Source: an uncultured Planctomycetia bacterium (GTDB lineage: Bacteria > Planctomycetota > GCA-002687715 > CAYQRN01). Taken from it: a stretch of 57,358 nucleotides of DNA. Every line of letters starts with the position of its first letter. Position 1 is the stretch's first letter. Below the pieces are notes generated by a model. It was given only the letters and a program-made list of their open reading frames with translations. It was not told the origin of the DNA and searched no databases. This document shows positions 53,665 to 57,358 of the stretch, piece after piece. The stretch spans positions 1 through 57,358 of the forward strand of contig CAYQRN010000001.1 in assembly GCA_964419995.1 (NCBI GenBank), read 5' to 3'. The position numbers and the translations under genes were made by a program.

Positions 53665-56260
53665 GGGCGACCTCGATCTCGTCGATCTCGATGCCCTCCT
53701 CGGCCGCGGGTAGCGGGAGGACCACGGGCGGGAGCGTCGCCCGCAGCACGACGTGGATGCCGCGGGCCGCGTCCGGGGGCGGCAGGGGAAGCGTCGTCGT
53801 CCGGAGGCCGGAGTCGGACTCGAGCCGCCCGACCTCATGGCCGTTCACGAAGACGGTGGCGCCCACGGGCGCTGAAGTGGCCCGATGCACGACGCGGAGG
53901 CATCGGGGGACTTCGGCCGGCGTGTCGAGGAGGAAGTCGGCGCGGCGTGAGACGATGCGGACGGATCCCCGGAAGTCCGATGGATGCAGGGTCTTCTTCA
54001 CGCGGGAAAGATCGCTCCGGTCATCAAAGGCGAGCCGTGTGACGGCGGGAGCTCCCTCGCCCGCCGGCGCCCGGGGCGGGAGGGGAGTCCGGAAGGTCCA
54101 CGAGAGCGTCGAGGTCCTTCCGAAGGCCCGGGCCTCGATCGTCGTGGGACCGGGGGCTGCCGTGGATCGGCTGATCCAGCCTACGAGGTGGCTCTGCGAC
54201 AGGTGGGGCGGATCCGCCGGCGAGGGCGGCACCGCGCGGAGCGCGATGGGCGCACCGTCGACGCGGACTTCCACCTCGCCGGGGAGCGCATCGTCGCCGA
54301 GGGCGGGAGCCGCGTAGATCTTCACGGCGAACGGGGCTTCCGGCTCCGCGCAGAGCTCGAAGGCGTTGCTTCCGTCCACCGGGACGATCACGGGGTCCGG
54401 AAGACTGGAGGGAGCGAAGACGTCGTCGGCTCGCGTGCCCGGGAGCCCGGCGAGGTGCGCGCGGACCCGATCCCTGAAGGCGCCCGCGCCGTAGACGGCG
54501 GGGCCGTCCGGCGCGAAGGCGACGGCGACGACCCGGTTCCGGGCCACGGCTTCCCGGAAGCCGGCCAGGCCCGCATCGGCGGCGAAGAAGTACGTCCGGA
54601 CCCTCCGGAGGAACGGCCACCAGTGCAGAGCCCCGTGATGCGCGTCGGCGTTGCCGAAGACGGGAATCCGGCCGGCCCGGGAGTGGAGGAAGGGCTGGTC
54701 CCGGAGGAGGTCGGCCGAGGGGACGAAGGGCCAGGCCGCCAGCATGAGATCGAATCCATGAGCGCTCCCGATGCGCCGGTCGAGAATCGGGAGCAGGATC
54801 TCCGGATTCACGGCTGCGGAGGAGAGGATCAGCGCTCCCCCGGATCGAAGCGCTGCGGCGGCCTCGAGGAAGGCGACAGGAGAGTCGGCCTCGCCGGGGA
54901 TCGTGCCTCCCTCCGGCTCCTCGCGGATCGTCTCCGCCACATGGCTCACGAACCCGAGGCCCGGGAGTCCGATGGCGCGAAAGGGCTCCTCGACGGCGCA
55001 GGCCACGGCCAGGTCCTTGCCGGCTCGCCGGGCGAAGTCCGCGACGCGGGCGGGATCCCGCGGCTCGAGGACGTTCTTGAGGACGAGAAGAGATGCGTCG
55101 GCCCGCAGAGCCAGCGTGGCCGTGAGACCCGGGCTCACGGAGCCGCGCTCCACGGGGAGACCGTACTCGATGAGAGCGAGGCGCATGGGCAGGTCGGCGG
55201 CGGGTGCGATCTCGGGAGGAGGGAGAGGTCTGTCGTCCGGCGCCGGCGGCAGGGGTGCCCGGGCGAGGCGCAGGATCTCGACGGCATGGAGCGTCGAGAA
55301 GAGGTCGGCGGGCTCGCCGGGACGGGCGGCGAAACCGCCGTCGGCGGTGCGGCATCGGGCGACGAGGCCGACGGTGGCTGGAGGAACGGAGTCGCCGAGT
55401 CCGTCGAGCCCGGCGACGGCGTCGAAGGTCGTCGCGAGGTCCGCCGAACCCTCCGGAAGGCCGAGGGAGGCACGAAAACCCCCGCCGGCGACGGCCAGCG
55501 ACCGGAGGAAAGCGGCGGCGCGCGGCGGATCCCGGAGGGCGAGGCCGAGGGCGACGTGGAGATCGAGGGCATGGCCCGTGGCCCGGCCTACCGACGGGAC
55601 GTCGGGCCGGGGGAGAGGGACCGCGGTCACCGGCTGGCCCCGGCGGAAGTGATCGAGGAGGAGGGGGAGGGAGAGCGGTGCGTGGGCCCACCCGCCGTCG
55701 GTGTTGCGTGCAAGATCGAGCCAGGCGCGGACGGCGTCCTTCCCCTCGAGCCGGCCGCCGCTGGTGACGGCGGCGGCGACGGCGGCGGAGATGTCCTCGA
55801 GCGTCCTCGTGCCGTGCCAGTCGAAGAAGGCCGGGAGGAGGGAGGGGAGCGAGACGTCCACGGGAGGCTGGGGGATGTCGAGCCCGGCCATGGCGCGGCG
55901 GTGCGCGGCGCGCTTGCGCTGCGTTCCGAGAGTGCCGTGCCGCCAGGCCTCTGGGCCGCTTTCGTGGAGGTCGAAGAGGAACGTCCGGTGCGCGGCGGCG
56001 GGAGGCGGACCGCCCGTGACCCCGGCGATGCGGAGAGCCGCATCGGTCCACTCGCAGTCCGCGAAGGTCTGGTCCGGCGGGCCGAATCCGCCGCCCGGGC
56101 GCTCGTGACGGGCGATGAAGGCCCGGAGCGGCGCGTCGGAGATCGGTCCGACACGGGCCCGCGTCTCCTGGGCATCGAGGGGGAGAGACGTGAGGAGGAG
56201 CGCCGCGAGAGCGGCTTCGATCCGGCCGGGGGCATGCCCTCGCTTCGCGGTGAGACCCAC
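53654..56260 (-). CDS. Secreted protein with N-terminal prenyltransferase/terpene-cyclase-like alpha-alpha toroid repeats and a large uncharacterised C-terminal part
   Basis: The N-terminus is signal-like (AALAALLLTSLPLDAQE). It has repeated [DG]GG[FW] motifs with downstream D..T..AL spacing: RPGGGFGPP, NTDGGWAHAP, AGGGFRASLG...TTFDAVAGL and TADGGFAARPG...STLHAVEIL. The central string GNADAHHG hints at a metal-dependent hydrolase but is not enough to support a call. Confidence 0.55.
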   Translation of the reverse strand: MGLTAKRGHAPGRIEAALAALLLTSLPLDAQETRARVGPISDAPLRAFIARHERPGGGFGPPDQTFADCEWTDAALRIAGVTGGPPPAAAHRTFLFDLHESGPEAWRHGTLGTQRKRAAHRRAMAGLDIPQPPVDVSLPSLLPAFFDWHGTRTLEDISAAVAAAVTSGGRLEGKDAVRAWLDLARNTDGGWAHAPLSLPLLLDHFRRGQPVTAVPLPRPDVPSVGRATGHALDLHVALGLALRDPPRAAAFLRSLAVAGGGFRASLGLPEGSADLATTFDAVAGLDGLGDSVPPATVGLVARCRTADGGFAARPGEPADLFSTLHAVEILRLARAPLPPAPDDRPLPPPEIAPAADLPMRLALIEYGLPVERGSVSPGLTATLALRADASLLVLKNVLEPRDPARVADFARRAGKDLAVACAVEEPFRAIGLPGLGFVSHVAETIREEPEGGTIPGEADSPVAFLEAAAALRSGGALILSSAAVNPEILLPILDRRIGSAHGFDLMLAAWPFVPSADLLRDQPFLHSRAGRIPVFGNADAHHGALHWWPFLRRVRTYFFAADAGLAGFREAVARNRVVAVAFAPDGPAVYGAGAFRDRVRAHLAGLPGTRADDVFAPSSLPDPVIVPVDGSNAFELCAEPEAPFAVKIYAAPALGDDALPGEVEVRVDGAPIALRAVPPSPADPPHLSQSHLVGWISRSTAAPGPTTIEARAFGRTSTLSWTFRTPLPPRAPAGEGAPAVTRLAFDDRSDLSRVKKTLHPSDFRGSVRIVSRRADFLLDTPAEVPRCLRVVHRATSAPVGATVFVNGHEVGRLESDSGLRTTTLPLPPPDAARGIHVVLRATLPPVVLPLPAAEEGIEIDEIEVARGE

Positions 56261-56285
56261 GGTCGAGTGTTACGATGGGCGCCGC

Positions 56286-56621
56286 ATGTCCCAAGGTCCG
56301 ACGCCGCGCCGGCGCGCCTCTGGAGTCCTGCGGGGTGCCGTGGTCTCCGCGCTTGCGCTCTCGACCGCCTGTGCCAACCCCGGGAACGACGGGGTCGTGC
56401 GCGCGGCCTCCCCCCCGTCCGGCCGCATCGCGACGGCCGGTCCGGAAGGCCTGTCGGGATTCTGCGCCATCTGCGAGGAACGCCACGAGGGAGGAGACCG
56501 GTGGGTCGGCCCCTTCTTCTCCGATCGCGGCGCAGCGGAACGCGATGCCCACCAGCATGAGCGCCGCCATCCGTCGCACAGAGTGCGCATCGTCCACGCG
56601 CGCCCCGACATCGACGAATGA
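56286..56621 (+). CDS. Small putative lipoprotein, Cys/His-rich, hypothetical
   Basis: The ATG at 56286 lies within listed ORF 56115..56621. The lipobox is VVSALALSTAC. Potential metal-binding residues are CAICEERHEGG and HQHERRHPSH. I recognise no family motif. Confidence 0.4.
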   Translation: MSQGPTPRRRASGVLRGAVVSALALSTACANPGNDGVVRAASPPSGRIATAGPEGLSGFCAICEERHEGGDRWVGPFFSDRGAAERDAHQHERRHPSHRVRIVHARPDIDE

Positions 56622-56657
56622 CGCGGCGGGGGAGCCTCCCCGCTCCCCGGGGCCGGA

Positions 56658-57323
56658 TCAGCGGATGAGCGTCACGCGCTCGGGGCGGCCGTCGCCGTCG
56701 AGATCCGCCAGGAGGGGTTCCACGGAGAGGTCCGGCGCCGAGGTCCACTCCGCGCGTGCGTTGCCTTCGCCGGGGGACGTTTCGATCCCGCCGCCGGACC
56801 GGCGGCTCGTGGGCCGCGGTGGGCCGGGAACGCCTCCCTTCCCGAGGGTGGCGACGCAGGCGCGGCCGTCCTGCCGCGTCCGGACGAGGATCCTCTGCCC
56901 CGAGGCATCCCTTCCGAAGACCGGAGTCTCGCCCCGGGACAGGATGCCCTCCATGGGGCCGAGCGTTCGGGCGAGCACGGCACCGCCCTCGAAGAGGAAA
57001 GCCCGGACGAAGCCCGGATCCGCGCCTGCGTGGCGCCAGGTCACGATGTCCTCCCGCCCGTCTCCGTCGAGGTCGAAGACGGTCGCGCTCCCGGCGGAAG
57101 TGTCCACGGCCCGCCTCAGGACGGTCGCGGTCCGAAACGGGCTGCCCGCCGCCTCGCGGATCTCGATGCGAATGTCGCCCGGCGCATCCTCGCCGCCGAG
57201 GAAGAGCGAGTGGACGGCGGCGAGATCGCACGGCGCGAGGGCGTCCCGGCGCTGCCATCCCGCGGCCATGACGGCCTCCGGATCCGCAGCATGGCCGAGG
57301 CCGAGGACGTGGCCGATTTCATG
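56658..57323 (-). CDS. Matrixin-type (M10 zincin) metalloprotease with C-terminal FG-GAP-like repeats; 5' end truncated by the contig end and adapter
   Basis: The zincin motif HEIGHVLGLGH is followed by a Met-turn candidate (AVM). DxDGDG motifs are FDLDGDGREDIV and ADLDGDGRPERV. The listed N-terminal residues MCSSDL are translated from adapter sequence. Confidence 0.7.
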   Translation of the reverse strand, partial: HEIGHVLGLGHAADPEAVMAAGWQRRDALAPCDLAAVHSLFLGGEDAPGDIRIEIREAAGSPFRTATVLRRAVDTSAGSATVFDLDGDGREDIVTWRHAGADPGFVRAFLFEGGAVLARTLGPMEGILSRGETPVFGRDASGQRILVRTRQDGRACVATLGKGGVPGPPRPTSRRSGGGIETSPGEGNARAEWTSAPDLSVEPLLADLDGDGRPERVTLIR

Positions 57324-57324
57324 G

Positions 57325-57358
57325 AGATCGGAAGAGCACACGTCTGAACTCCAGTCAC
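57325..57358. other. Illumina TruSeq adapter sequence (assembly artefact, not biological)
   Basis: Positions 57325-57358 read AGATCGGAAGAGCACACGTCTGAACTCCAGTCAC. This is an exact match to the start of the standard TruSeq indexed adapter read-through sequence. Confidence 0.97.

Noticed and set aside
1-57358. Whole-window scan for CRISPR arrays, transposases or IS ends, integrases, phage genes, toxin-antitoxin pairs, reverse transcriptases and rRNA/tRNA genes.
   Set aside because: I saw no regularly spaced direct repeats. No ORF has DDE transposase, tyrosine or serine recombinase, RT (YxDD) or typical TA motifs. All intergenic gaps are 360 nt or shorter and none resembles a tRNA. A by-eye scan cannot exclude short or degenerate elements.

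Overview
This is a 57.4-kb, very GC-rich contig (roughly 70% or more by eye). It comes from an LPS-producing Gram-negative bacterium and is almost certainly a short-read or metagenome assembly, because the last 34 nt are an Illumina TruSeq adapter. Coding is dense on both strands, with about 48 supportable CDS. I found no rRNA, tRNA, CRISPR array, transposase, integrase or phage gene.

Gene content, left to right:
- Secreted beta-helix and FG-GAP proteins.
- A radical-SAM gene followed by a pair of ABC half-transporter exporters.
- An LPS inner-core block: lpxK, fused hldE, a second split heptose kinase plus adenylyltransferase, and a GT9 heptosyltransferase.
- A Ser/Thr-kinase, FHA and sigma-54 activator island.
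- A second GT9 gene and a kinase appended to the nusA-infB-DUF503-rbfA translation operon.
- A sigma-54 two-component system followed by thiSG.
- Housekeeping RNA-modification genes.
- hutHU.
- A flippase and a GT4 glycosyltransferase.
- A five-gene Rrf2 and ABC-ATPase operon ending in a membrane protein that looks like a catalytically dead membrane pyrophosphatase.
- rsfS.
- An orphan ECF sigma factor.
- Two giant envelope proteins: a prenyltransferase-like toroid protein, and a TM-anchored LtaS/EptA-like phosphotransferase fused to HEAT-like repeats.
- A truncated matrixin/FG-GAP gene at the contig end.

The best candidate for an undescribed system is the translationally coupled operon at 42495-48103. 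The second candidate is the kinase/FHA/sigma-54 island embedded in the heptose/LPS genes.

All calls rest on motif recognition by eye in the supplied ORF translations. No database search was run. Many listed long ORFs are high-GC shadow frames and were discarded.
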